DNA of 60,292 bases, filler included, from Deltaproteobacteria bacterium (GTDB taxonomy: Bacteria > Myxococcota > JACRCW01), in the NCBI GenBank assembly GCA_016218805.1. It is 4 parts of 4 records of this genome, joined end to end, with 100 filler letters (N's around TTAATTAATTAA, not from the genome) between each part and the next. Parts side by side here need not be neighbours in the genome. Positions count along the whole stretch, not along the records: positions 37,585 to 53,819 come from JACRCW010000034.1; positions 53,920 to 60,292 come from JACRCW010000037.1; 2 more parts are not named here. One strand, given 5' to 3'. The notes below the pieces were generated by a model. It had not been told where the DNA came from. It was given only the letters and a program-made list of their open reading frames with translations, and did not search any database. Within the stretch, counting starts at the first letter, position 1. Every line of letters begins with the position of its first letter. Positions 47,811 to 57,394 of this stretch are shown piece by piece. Both the position numbers and the translations under genes were made by a program.

Positions 47811-48132
47811 TCAGCGTTCCCGCACGCGGCGTGCGTACTGTTCCATCGTCGTGCGCGCCGCCTCATGGACCGGGCGCAGGGTGATGCCGCGCTCTGCCAG
47901 GCGCGCACTGGCCAGCACCACGTAGGTCAATGAGCACGTGCGTTTCACACCAGTCCACGTTGGGCCGGCCGGTCCGGGCAGCCGCGTTGACCACTGCGGC
48001 GGGACGGTGCGCAGCCAGCTCCTGCCGCACCGCGGACCGGTCCGTGATGTCCGCGGTGGAGGGGAACGCGCCGGGCAGATCCCGGGCCAGCCGCTGTCCC
48101 AGGAGGCCCGCGCCGAACACCAGGATGCCCAT
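47811..48132 (-). pseudogene. Internally deleted RmlD-like/NRS-ER 3,5-epimerase-4-reductase
   Basis: N-terminus GAGLLG...NAAARTGRPNVDWCETH is joined out of frame to C-terminus VLASARLAERGITLRPVHEA; the catalytic middle (YxxxK) is missing. Confidence 0.75.
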
Positions 48133-48310
48133 GGGCGCGCCGCCAGCGCGGGAACCGCGCCGGGATCCCGCAGGTCTTGCGGACCCGCCCCGTGCGCCCC
48201 CCGCGCGGACAGAACACGTCCCCGGGCTGATGTGCTAGGGGTCCGCGCCGCCGGCGTCCCTCGTCGGGAGACCCTCCTCCCGCGGCGCCGCGCAAGGCAG
48301 GCACGCGCGC

Positions 48311-49945
48311 ATGAAGGTCGGTATCCCAAAAGAGACCCACCCCGGTGAACAGCGGGTGGCGGCTTCCCCGGAAGCGGTGAAGAAGCTCATAGGCATGGGT
48401 TTTGACGTGATGGTGGAGGCGCGCGCCGGCGCGCTGGCGGACTTCCCTGACGAAACGTACGCGGCAGTGGGCGCGCACATCGTGGACACGGAGACGGTGT
48501 GGCAGGACGCGGACCTGGTCCTCAAGGTGCGGGCGCCCGCCAAGCATCCCGCGCACGGCTGGCATGAAGCGGACAAGCTGAAGGAGGGCGCCATGCTCAT
48601 CTCCTTCATCTGGCCCGCGCAGAACAAGGACACGCTGGAGCGGTTGCGGGCTCGCAAGGCCAGCGTGCTGGCCACGGACTGCGTGCCGCGCATCAGCCGC
48701 GCGCAGTCCATGGACGCGCTGTCCTCCATGGCCAACATTGCCGGCTACCGCGCCGTCATTGAGGCCGCGGGGCTGTACGGCAGCTTCTTCACGCAGCAGA
48801 TCACCGCCGCCGGAAAACTCCCGCCGGCCAAGGTGCTCATCATCGGCGCCGGCGTGGCGGGGCTGGCGGCCGTTGCCGCGGCGCGCGGGCTGGGGGCGGT
48901 GGTGCGCGCGTTTGACACGCGCGCCGCGGTGCGCGAGCAGGTGCAGAGTCTGGGCGCTGAGTTCCTGGAGGTGAAGCTCACCGAATCCGGCGAAGGGCAG
49001 GGCGGCTACGCCAAGGAGATGAGCCCGGAGTTCATCAAGGCGGAAATGGAGCTTTTTGCGGCGCAGGCCAAGGAGGTGAACATCATCATCACCACGGCAT
49101 TGATTCCCGGGAAACCCGCGCCGCGCCTCATCACGCGTGAACACGTGGAGCTGATGAAGCCCGGCAGCGTGGTGGTGGACATGGCGGCGGAGCAGGGTGG
49201 CAACTGCGAGGTGACCAACCCCGGTGAAATCCACGTCCACCAGGGCGTGAAGGTGGTGGGCTACACGGACCTGCCGGGCCGCCTGGCCACCACGGCCAGC
49301 CAACTGTACGGCAACAACCTGCTCAACCTGCTTGGCCTGATGTCCCCCAAGGCCGGCGTGCTCACACCCAACTGGGATGACGAGGTGCTGCGCGGCGCGC
49401 TGGTCACCCGCGGCGGCGAGATCACCTGGCCCCCGCCGCAGAAACCCGCGGCGCCGGCACCCGCACCCGCGGCGGCGGCACCCAAGCCCGCCGCGGCGCC
49501 GGCACCCACGCCCGCGGCAGCACCCGCCAAGAGCGGCCACGGCGGCCACGGGGCGGGCGCGGCGTCGTCACCGTCCAAGTCCTCGCCGGTGGTGGCCGGG
49601 GTGGGCGCGCTGGGGCTGGCAGCGCTGGCGTACTTCATGGTCACCGCGCGCGGCGCCGTGAACCCGGAAGCGCGCGAGTTTGTGCAGCACCTCACGGTGT
49701 TTGTGATGGCGTGCTTTGTGGGTTGGCAGGTCATCTGGAATGTGAGCCCCGCGCTGCACACGCCACTGATGAGCGTCACCAACGCCATCAGCGGGATCAT
49801 CGTGCTGGGCGGCATGCTTCACCTGGAGGGGGGAATCACCGCGCCGGCGGTCATCGTCGGGGCCGCGGCCATCCTGCTGGCCACCATCAACATCGGCGGC
49901 GGGTTCCTCGTCACGCAGCGCATGCTGCGGATGTTCCGGAAGTGA
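48311..49945 (+). CDS. pntA: NAD(P)+ transhydrogenase subunit alpha
   Basis: GIPKE...EQRVA, SRAQSMDALSS, GAGVAGL, GGYAK, TALIPG, LHTPLMSVTNAISG. Confidence 0.98.
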   Translation: MKVGIPKETHPGEQRVAASPEAVKKLIGMGFDVMVEARAGALADFPDETYAAVGAHIVDTETVWQDADLVLKVRAPAKHPAHGWHEADKLKEGAMLISFIWPAQNKDTLERLRARKASVLATDCVPRISRAQSMDALSSMANIAGYRAVIEAAGLYGSFFTQQITAAGKLPPAKVLIIGAGVAGLAAVAAARGLGAVVRAFDTRAAVREQVQSLGAEFLEVKLTESGEGQGGYAKEMSPEFIKAEMELFAAQAKEVNIIITTALIPGKPAPRLITREHVELMKPGSVVVDMAAEQGGNCEVTNPGEIHVHQGVKVVGYTDLPGRLATTASQLYGNNLLNLLGLMSPKAGVLTPNWDDEVLRGALVTRGGEITWPPPQKPAAPAPAPAAAAPKPAAAPAPTPAAAPAKSGHGGHGAGAASSPSKSSPVVAGVGALGLAALAYFMVTARGAVNPEAREFVQHLTVFVMACFVGWQVIWNVSPALHTPLMSVTNAISGIIVLGGMLHLEGGITAPAVIVGAAAILLATINIGGGFLVTQRMLRMFRK

Positions 49946-49955
49946 GGCAGCGGCG

Positions 49956-51353
49956 ATGGACCAGGTTCTTCTGAGCGTCTCGTACATCATCGCTTCCATT
50001 CTGTTCATCATGAGCCTGCGCGGGCTCTCCGGGCAGGAGACGGCGCAACGCGGCAACCTCAATGGCGTGATCGGCATGGCCATTGCCGTGGGCGCCACCG
50101 CGCTGTCCCCCAGCGTGCACGCGTACGCGCTGCTGGTGGGCGTGCTGGTCATTGGCGCGGGCATTGGCGCGGTCATGGCGTCCCGCGTGCAGATGACCGC
50201 CATGCCGGAGTTGGTGGCGCTGCTGCACAGCTTTGTGGGCGCGGCCGCCGTGCTGGTGGGCTTTGCCAGCTACCTGGGCGGGGCGGAGCACGGCTCGCGC
50301 ACCATCATGCTGGTGGAGCTGCACATTGACGTGCTCATTGGCGCCATCACCTTCACCGGCTCCATCATTGCGTTCCTCAAGTTGCGCGGCACGGTGTCCG
50401 GCAAGCCGCTGCTGCTCCCCGGCCGCCACCTCTTCAACGCCGCCATGGCCCTGGCGTGCATTGGTCTGGGCTGGCCGTTCCTGGCTGCGCCGGGGACGGA
50501 GGGCCTGATGCCGCTGCTCATCATGGCGGGCGTGGCCGGCGTGCTGGGTGCACACCTGGTGCTCGCCATCGGCGGCGCGGACATGCCGGTCGTCGTGTCG
50601 CTGCTCAACAGCTACTCGGGGTGGACCGCGGCGGCGGCGGGTTTCATGCTGTCCAATGACCTGCTGATCATCACCGGCGCGCTGGTGGGCAGCAGCGGCG
50701 CCATCCTCAGCTACATCATGTGCAAGGCGATGAACCGTTCCATCTGGAACGTCATCTTTGGCGGCTTTGGCGGGGACCAGCCCAAGGCCACGGGGCCCGC
50801 TGCCGTGCCCGCCGGTGAAGTGCGTGAAATCGGCATGGATGACGCCGTGGCTGAGCTGGCCAAGGCGCGCGAAGTGGTGATTGTCCCCGGGTACGGCATG
50901 GCGGTGGCTCGCGCGCAGCACGCCGTGAAGGACCTGATGGAGCAGCTCAAGGGTCGCGGTGCGCGCGTTCGCTTTGCCATCCACCCGGTGGCGGGACGCC
51001 TGCCCGGTCACATGAACGTGCTGCTGGCAGAGGCCGCCATCCCGTACGACATTGTGCTGGAAATGGAGGATATCAACGACGACCTGCCGAAGACCGACGT
51101 GGTGCTGGTGATTGGCGCGAATGACATTGTGAACCCGTCCGCGGAGACCGACGCCAGCAGCCCCATCTACGGGATGCCGGTGCTGCAGGTGTGGAACTCC
51201 AAGCTGGTGGTCATTTCCAAGCGCTCCCGCGGCGCGGGCTATGCGGGCGTGGACAATCCGCTGTTCTACAAGGAGAACTCGCGGATGCTGCTGGGGGACG
51301 CGCGCAAGACCATGGAAGAAGTGGTGACAAAGCTGAAGCAGCACGGCAGGTAG
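49956..51353 (+). CDS. pntB: NAD(P)+ transhydrogenase subunit beta
   Basis: MPELVALLHS, IGGADMPVV, NSYSG, PGYGMA, HPVAGRLPGHMNV, GANDIVNP. Confidence 0.98.
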   Translation: MDQVLLSVSYIIASILFIMSLRGLSGQETAQRGNLNGVIGMAIAVGATALSPSVHAYALLVGVLVIGAGIGAVMASRVQMTAMPELVALLHSFVGAAAVLVGFASYLGGAEHGSRTIMLVELHIDVLIGAITFTGSIIAFLKLRGTVSGKPLLLPGRHLFNAAMALACIGLGWPFLAAPGTEGLMPLLIMAGVAGVLGAHLVLAIGGADMPVVVSLLNSYSGWTAAAAGFMLSNDLLIITGALVGSSGAILSYIMCKAMNRSIWNVIFGGFGGDQPKATGPAAVPAGEVREIGMDDAVAELAKAREVVIVPGYGMAVARAQHAVKDLMEQLKGRGARVRFAIHPVAGRLPGHMNVLLAEAAIPYDIVLEMEDINDDLPKTDVVLVIGANDIVNPSAETDASSPIYGMPVLQVWNSKLVVISKRSRGAGYAGVDNPLFYKENSRMLLGDARKTMEEVVTKLKQHGR

Positions 51354-51387
51354 CGGTGCCCCCGCTGAGACTCCGGCTCAGTACTTC

Positions 51388-51665
51388 TCCAGTGTCGGCG
51401 ATGATCAGTGTCTGCTGCCGACAGATCGGCGCAGTTCCTCCTTGTAGTTCTCCGACAGATCGGCCGGAGCGTCAGCGCATCCGACGAACCCCGCCGCCTG
51501 CAGGATCTCCCACGCGCCAGCGGCGGACGCCGAGCTCGTCGCAGCAGCGGTCCAGTCCCTCGAGAACCAGGTCGGTGATGGACTTCCCGCTCGGCCGGCA
51601 GGCCCGCTGCACCTTTTTGCGTGATCGGAGCGTCGAGACGAACGGTGATGCGGCGTGCGACCGTG
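51388..51665 (-). pseudogene. Decayed RHH antitoxin + PIN (vapBC-like) toxin stub
   Basis: Across frameshifts: RRITVRLD / KVQRA..SGKSITDLVLEGLD / GFVGCADAPADLSENYKEEL*; the overlapping stop begins (L)IIADTG, a VapC N-terminus that then disappears. Confidence 0.6.
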
Positions 51666-51711
51666 CTGCCAGAAACGTATCAGACGCGGAGCGCGGGTGG
51701 TCTCGCTCCGC

Positions 51712-53058
51712 CTACTCGTCCACGACGGACGCCACCTGGCGCAAGCCGAATTCCCGCGTGCCATCCCGCGCGCGCACGGCAACCACCTGATTGGTGATGC
51801 GCACCTTCTGGCCGGTGGGCAGCGGGAACACAAACCCGCGGGTGCTGTACGGCATGCGGTCCACCTCCAGCGGTTCGTCCAGCGGCTCGCGCCGGCCGTC
51901 CGCCTGGATGCGGTCATGCACGTGGCTCCAGCCGCGGCGGGCGCCGGCCGGCACCTTGGCCAGCAATCCCCAGGAATCGCCAAAGATCGTCGCGTCGGAC
52001 GCCATCCGTGCCGCACCGCTCTGCGCGCGCGCCAGCATCCAGAAGGGCGTGTCCTCCGGCGCGGGGTTCACGGACAAAGACCCGCCCAGCAGCGAAGTCG
52101 GCTGGTGCACCACCTCGTCCAGCAGGCCGGCCACCTCATCCAGGTTCATCCATTCCACGCCGTCCACCCACAGGTGGCCCAGCCCGCCGTCCTTGTCATG
52201 CGTCAGCACGTGCGTGTGCCGGCTGACCATGGCCGCGTTCCACGCCATTCCCAGCCCGGTGGGCTTGGCCAGCTCGGTGGACTTCACCAGCACGGACAGG
52301 TCCACAAAGCGCCACGCGCCCGTCGCGTCGCGCAGCATGCCCACGTACGCAATCTCGGAAGGCCGCCCGTCCGGACCCAGCCGCAACTGCAGGGCGGAGT
52401 GCGTGCCCACCTCGGAGGCGTCCAGCGTGAGGCGTGCCAGCAGGTTCCCGTCGCCATCCACCAGCGCCACCTGCACGTCATCCCACTGCGCGCCCGCCGT
52501 GGGGAACCCCGAGTACATCCCCGTCACCAGCACCAGCTGCCGCGCCAGCTGTGGGACGCGGTCCGCCGCGGGTTCCAGGTGCGCGTGCCCCACCGCGTGC
52601 GCCACGCCCACCCAGGAGCGCGCGTCGTGCAATGCGTCCCGCAGGAACCACCGGCCGCCGTCGTCACGGTCCTGCAGCACCAAGGACCGCGCTTGCATCA
52701 TCTGGTCCAGCGTGGGTTCGTACTGGAAGGTCCGGCCGCTCACCGCGTCCCGCCGCGTGGCGACGATCCTGGGCGCGCCGGAAGGGCACCCCACGCTGGC
52801 GTTGTACCGCTGGGCACCGCCGGGCGCGCCGGGCACGTCCAGTTCCAACTGGCCCGCGCACGCGCCGTCGCGGACCTGCGCGGGGGTGCGGCTGAGCACG
52901 CGCTCGGTGACCGGGCCCACGCCGTCAATCTCGCGCTGCAGCTCAAAGCTGCGCCCCTCCGCGCCGGTCAGCGTCACCGGCGTGAGCGGTTGCGGCAGGC
53001 CCGGGCGCTTGCAGGCGCCCAGGGCGAGGCAGCACAGGAGGGCGGGGCGGAGGTTCAT
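51712..53058 (-). CDS. Lipoprotein of unknown function
   Basis: MNLRPALLCCLALGAC lipobox; about 448 aa with host-like codons. Confidence 0.7.
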   Translation of the reverse strand: MNLRPALLCCLALGACKRPGLPQPLTPVTLTGAEGRSFELQREIDGVGPVTERVLSRTPAQVRDGACAGQLELDVPGAPGGAQRYNASVGCPSGAPRIVATRRDAVSGRTFQYEPTLDQMMQARSLVLQDRDDGGRWFLRDALHDARSWVGVAHAVGHAHLEPAADRVPQLARQLVLVTGMYSGFPTAGAQWDDVQVALVDGDGNLLARLTLDASEVGTHSALQLRLGPDGRPSEIAYVGMLRDATGAWRFVDLSVLVKSTELAKPTGLGMAWNAAMVSRHTHVLTHDKDGGLGHLWVDGVEWMNLDEVAGLLDEVVHQPTSLLGGSLSVNPAPEDTPFWMLARAQSGAARMASDATIFGDSWGLLAKVPAGARRGWSHVHDRIQADGRREPLDEPLEVDRMPYSTRGFVFPLPTGQKVRITNQVVAVRARDGTREFGLRQVASVVDE

Positions 53059-53114
53059 CGTCGTCAGGGTACCTAGATGTTCCAGACCGGGGGGGTGGTG
53101 CAAGCCCGGCAGGG

Positions 53115-53819
53115 TCAGGTCTGCTTGAGCAGGCCCTCCATCACGCTGCGGGCCACGGGGTGGTAGCCCGCGCGCGCCTCGCCAAAGACGCGGCGGGCCA
53201 GCGCCAGCCCGTCCGGGGTGGCCTTGAGCGCGGTGTACAGCGGGCGGAGGTACTTCATGCGGCCCACGCCCTTGAGCGTCTTCTCCACGACGGGAAACGC
53301 GGGTTGATGGCCGGCCCGCGCGCAGTGCGTGAGGAAGCCCACGCGGATCTCCATGTTGCCGCTGTCCATCAGCTTGAAGCGCTCCTGCATCCACGCGCAG
53401 TCCGCCGCGGCCAGCGCCGGGATGCGCGGCAGCAGCACCTGCCAGTCATTCGGGCGGAAGCCGCGGAAACTGGCCTCGTCGGGCCGGTCGCCCTTGCCCA
53501 GCCGCTGCGCCAGGCCCGTGAGCGTCTCCAGGCGCACGGAGCGGGGTTGTGCCGCGTCGTCGGGGAGGCCCTCGCCGTGCAGCCAGCCGTCCAGGTTCAC
53601 TTCACGCGCGGCCTGCGGCAGTTCGCGCTTGAGCAGGCCCAGGAAGTCTGAGGTGGTGATGGAGCGGAAGCGGAAGGTGGAGATGTACGTGCGCAGGAAG
53701 CGGTCAAACGCCTCGCGCCCCGTGGCCACTTCAATCCGCTGCAGCAGCAGGCAGCCCTTTTCGTAGGGGACCTGCGAGTACACCTCATCCGGGTCCACGC
53801 CCTCCAGGTGCGTCTGCAG
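53115..53819 (-). CDS. M1 aminopeptidase / leukotriene A4 hydrolase family, C-terminal part (truncated by gap)
   Basis: DPDEVYSQVPYEKG, FRFRSITT, VGRMKYLRPLY, YHPVAR. Confidence 0.92.
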   Translation of the reverse strand: MQTHLEGVDPDEVYSQVPYEKGCLLLQRIEVATGREAFDRFLRTYISTFRFRSITTSDFLGLLKRELPQAAREVNLDGWLHGEGLPDDAAQPRSVRLETLTGLAQRLGKGDRPDEASFRGFRPNDWQVLLPRIPALAAADCAWMQERFKLMDSGNMEIRVGFLTHCARAGHQPAFPVVEKTLKGVGRMKYLRPLYTALKATPDGLALARRVFGEARAGYHPVARSVMEGLLKQT

Positions 53820-53919
53820 NNNNNNNNNNNNNNNNNNNNNNNNNNNNNNNNNNNNNNNNNNNNTTAATTAATTAANNNNNNNNNNNNNNNNNNNNNNNNN
53901 NNNNNNNNNNNNNNNNNNN
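53820..53919. other. Artificial contig linker
   Basis: N-run + TTAATTAATTAA + N-run. Confidence 0.98.
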
Positions 53920-56025
53920 CAGGTCACGCAAGCCGCCGCCCCGAATGGACGACATTTCCGCCAGCGAGCCCGACGCGAGCTGCCACGACGAAAGCGTCGC
54001 ATCACCCGGTGCAAACGCCGCGGCACCCGGCGGCGCCGGCGGCCATTCCAAGACGGCGGGCACCGCCGGCACCGGCGCGTACACCGTCCAGGAGCGCGTG
54101 CCGTCCTCGGCGCGCAGGCGTACAAAGTGCGTACCGTCCGGCACGCGGGTCACCGTGTAGCTCCGCTGCGACGGGTTCCAGCGGCCATCCGGTATTCCGA
54201 GAAAGTCCCACGCGGCGAACTGCCCGGGCGTTGTCCCGCTCCAGGACGGCTCATGGCTGAACAGCAGTGACGTCGGGCGTTGCGGCTGGTCCTCGTCACC
54301 GGGCCACGACGCGAGCACCATGGCCATCAGCGGAAACGTCTCCAGGCCGTCATGCGGGTAGGCATGGGAAACACCGATTTGGCCGGGATGAAGGCCGTTG
54401 CACCGAAGCGACTGGTGCTCCGGTGCGGCGCAGGAGACCACTCCGTCCTGCTCGGCGGACACTTCGCATTGCCACGCGCCGGAATCGACGCATGCGTCCG
54501 CCACCGCGTCAAATCCCAGTGGCACGAATCCCAGCCGCGGCACACGCACCCCCACGATGACGAGCGCCTGCATCAGGCGCGGGGGAAACTCGCCATCCAG
54601 GGAGGGAAGCGGCGGGATCCGCCACAGCGCCGCCTGCCGCGCCGGCGTGACCACGTGCGTGACGCTCGTTGCTGACGGCATCCCCCCGTCCATCCCAATG
54701 CGGTTGAACATGCGGAGTTCCACCGCGTGTACTCCGCCCCTGAAAAGGGGGACCCGGTCCCAGAGAAAGCCGCCGGGGTCGGTGTTCCTCTGGGTCAGGA
54801 GCGCGCTTGCCCGGTTGATCGACGATCGGACGCCAAACGTCACCGCCGCGCGCGGACACCGTTCCGCACCGCCGCACGCGTCGTCCACCTGGGCCGCCGC
54901 CACCCCTTTGACGTCGTCACTCTGCAACCGCATGGTCATGCCGGCAGGCAACGGCACCATCTGGTGATCAATGATTCCCGCGATGTTCATCATCGTCTCG
55001 ACCGGCGGTCCCGGGAACGTGGCCAGGCTGATGCGGTCCAGGTCACCCGTCGCCGACATGACGTGGAGCGCCTCGTGGATGTCCCCGCTTCCGACGATCT
55101 CCGGGCGTGTGGCGCTGCCGTGCCGCGGCTCCGTGACCAGCGCGGGGACCCGCAGGAGCAGGTCGCGCACGCGCGGCTTCGCGTACGTGAGCCAGTTGTG
55201 CGTTGCCGGCGCCGCGGTGACATCCACCACGTCCGCAATGTCCGCGATACCCTCAAAACGCGTGAATCCGGTGGAGTCGGTTGTTGCCACGCGCACCGCG
55301 CCGGCTCGCGCGCGCAGCTGCACGGGCGCGCCGGATAACGGTCGGCCCGTGTCCTCGTCCTCCACCACGACGTGGACCGCGTTGCCGGCCGCCGCCTGGA
55401 GGACGTGGACCGGGACCTCGCAGGACGCGCCACCCGCCGTCGCCGTGATCGTCGCCTCGCCCTGGAGCAGCGCGCTCACGCGTCCGTCCTGGTAGACCGT
55501 TGCGATGGCGGGCGCGCTGCTCGCGAGCACAAACGGCAGCGCAGGCACCAACCGCGAATCATGGAGAATCCCGAAGAACGACAGATCTCGCGTCCCGCCC
55601 GGCGTGAGCGTCACCACCTCCGCGTCCGCCATGCAGGACTGGAGCGGCGGTGCGGGCTCCGGCCCCAGACAGGCGCTGGTGACACCCCCGTCAACAACGC
55701 GGTTCACGCACCGGGTGCCCGCCCCGCACGCGTCCGGCGCGTGCGGGTCGCATTGCGGCGTTTCACATGTGCCGAACGGGACGTTGCATACGGCACCCCC
55801 GTCACAGTCGGCCGTCCATCTGCACACGACCCGGACGCAGATCCCCTCACCGGCGTCCGGCTGCCAGGCGCACATGAATCCCGCGCCCAGGCAGTCCCGC
55901 GCGATGCGACACCGCCGAGCGGCTTCCACGCCCGCGTCGCTTCCGGCGGCGGCGCCGCTTTCTCCGGGCACACAAGCAGGAAGGACCCAGGCCAAGGCGA
56001 TGAAGGCCACTGCGCGACGCGTCAT
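53920..56025 (-). CDS. Cys-rich lipoprotein with Big_2 Ig-like and carboxypeptidase-regulatory-like domains (C-terminus cut by gap)
   Basis: Lipobox LPAC, Cys modules, SSAPAIATV..DGRVSAL..GEATITA, DTGRPLSGAPV...TDSTG. Confidence 0.8.
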
Positions 56026-56332
56026 CAGAACCTCCCCGGCAAGACTGGCGCGCCTGCTGGTGCAAGGAACACGCCCTCAAATGATTTCCGGCGTTTGACC
56101 CCCGTCCCCGCGGCTTGGGCGAGACACGCGCGTCACGCCGGGCGCGCTGAAAGACCGAGAAACTCGCGTCGGCGGACATTGCCGCGTCCTTGCACGGAAC
56201 AACGTGGGGCGGCCGTGGCAGTTGGGGCGTTTCAGCGAGGCGATCCTGAGCAACCGGGTGAGCGCGGAATTGTGGCGCGGAGCAACGGAGGCCCGCTCCA
56301 CGACGCATGGCGGGCTTGCCGCAGGCAAGCGA

Positions 56333-56402
56333 GGGGGTGGGGGGGCCGCTACCTCCTTCTTCCCCGGGTGGGACCAAACCCGTTGGCGGGCCCCCCACCC
56401 CC
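56333..56402. repeat. 17-bp inverted repeat (G-rich/C-rich arms, 1 mismatch, 36-nt spacer)
   Basis: GGGGGTGGGGGGGCCGC ... GCGGGCCCCCCACCCCC. Confidence 0.6.
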
Positions 56403-56811
56403 GGCGACTGACGTCGCCGGCCGCCCCCCAAAAGGGGCGGGTACGCATGCACGCAAAGCGTGCATGGAGTTCGGACGTGGCATTCGCGGAACAGACGCCT
56501 GCTCAGACTTGGATCCTCGCGTTTCAGTCATACGCCGCAATGCCGTCCTCGTTGATGTGCAAGCGGTCCAGCGCAAGCATCATCCTCCTTTCCTCAAAGG
56601 ACCGCGGTGCGCGACCGCGTCGCGAGCACCAGTCTATCGACGTCAACCGCGACTCCGCCGTCACATTCGCCTCTTTCCGCACGACACCGCTACCTGCTGT
56701 GCGGCCCGCTCGGCGCTGGACGCCAACGACACGTCGACGCCGCCGCACAGGCCGAACGCGCGTGGGTTCGCAGAATGACAAGTTCACCATGGCGTGGTGA
56801 TTTTGCCCTAG

Positions 56812-57065
56812 ATGAGGATTGACCGGACCATCTCGCCCGTCGTCACACGCCCAGGGCGCTCGTTCCCGGTGGTCGCGATCGTCGGGCCGCGGCAGGTTCG
56901 GCAAGACGTCGATGCTGCGGCGCACGTTCGCGCGGCACCACCTTTTCACGCCGGACACCCGCAGGACGCAGCCATGGCGGACACGCGCGCGGACGCGTTC
57001 CTGGCCGCACCTTCCGCCTGTCGCCATCGACGAGGTCCAGTACCCGCATGGCCTCTTCCGCCATA
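56812..57065 (+). pseudogene. Frameshifted fragment of AAA_14/DUF4143-type ATPase
   Basis: MRIDRTI...FPVVAIVGPRQV/GKTSML has a +1 base inside Walker A at about 56897-56899; FLA..PPVAIDEVQY (Walker B) follows, then similarity ends. Confidence 0.75.
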
Positions 57066-57394
57066 CGCGCTGTACAATGTTGATCGGCGCGTGCGGTCGA
57101 ACACATCGATGAGGATGGCAGATGACGGGACCGTGATTCCGTCGAATAGGCCGCGGAAGAAGCTCGTGGATATCGGCGGATTCAACCTCGAGGCGACCAC
57201 GGTGCTCGGCGCTGAAGACTGCGAAGCGTTGGACCGGACTGTGGCCGGCAGCTGCGGCGCGGGCCCGTTCGCGCTGGACGCGCCTGAACATCAACGGGAC
57301 GACCACCCTCCGTCGTCACTCGTTGTCTCCTCCGCACAACACCCGCTGCGCCGTCGCCCAGCGCGATCCGCACGTGCTACAGGCCGCTCCGCCC

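Noticed and set aside
49430..49570. GC-rich quasi-repeats in pntA (similar in polA 30740-30845 and 43850-43930)
   Set aside because: Explained by Pro/Ala interdomain linkers.
56125..56175. Hammerhead-like CTGA...GAAA motif
   Set aside because: The core is CTGAAAGA rather than CTGANGA, and the stems do not fit the hammerhead topology.
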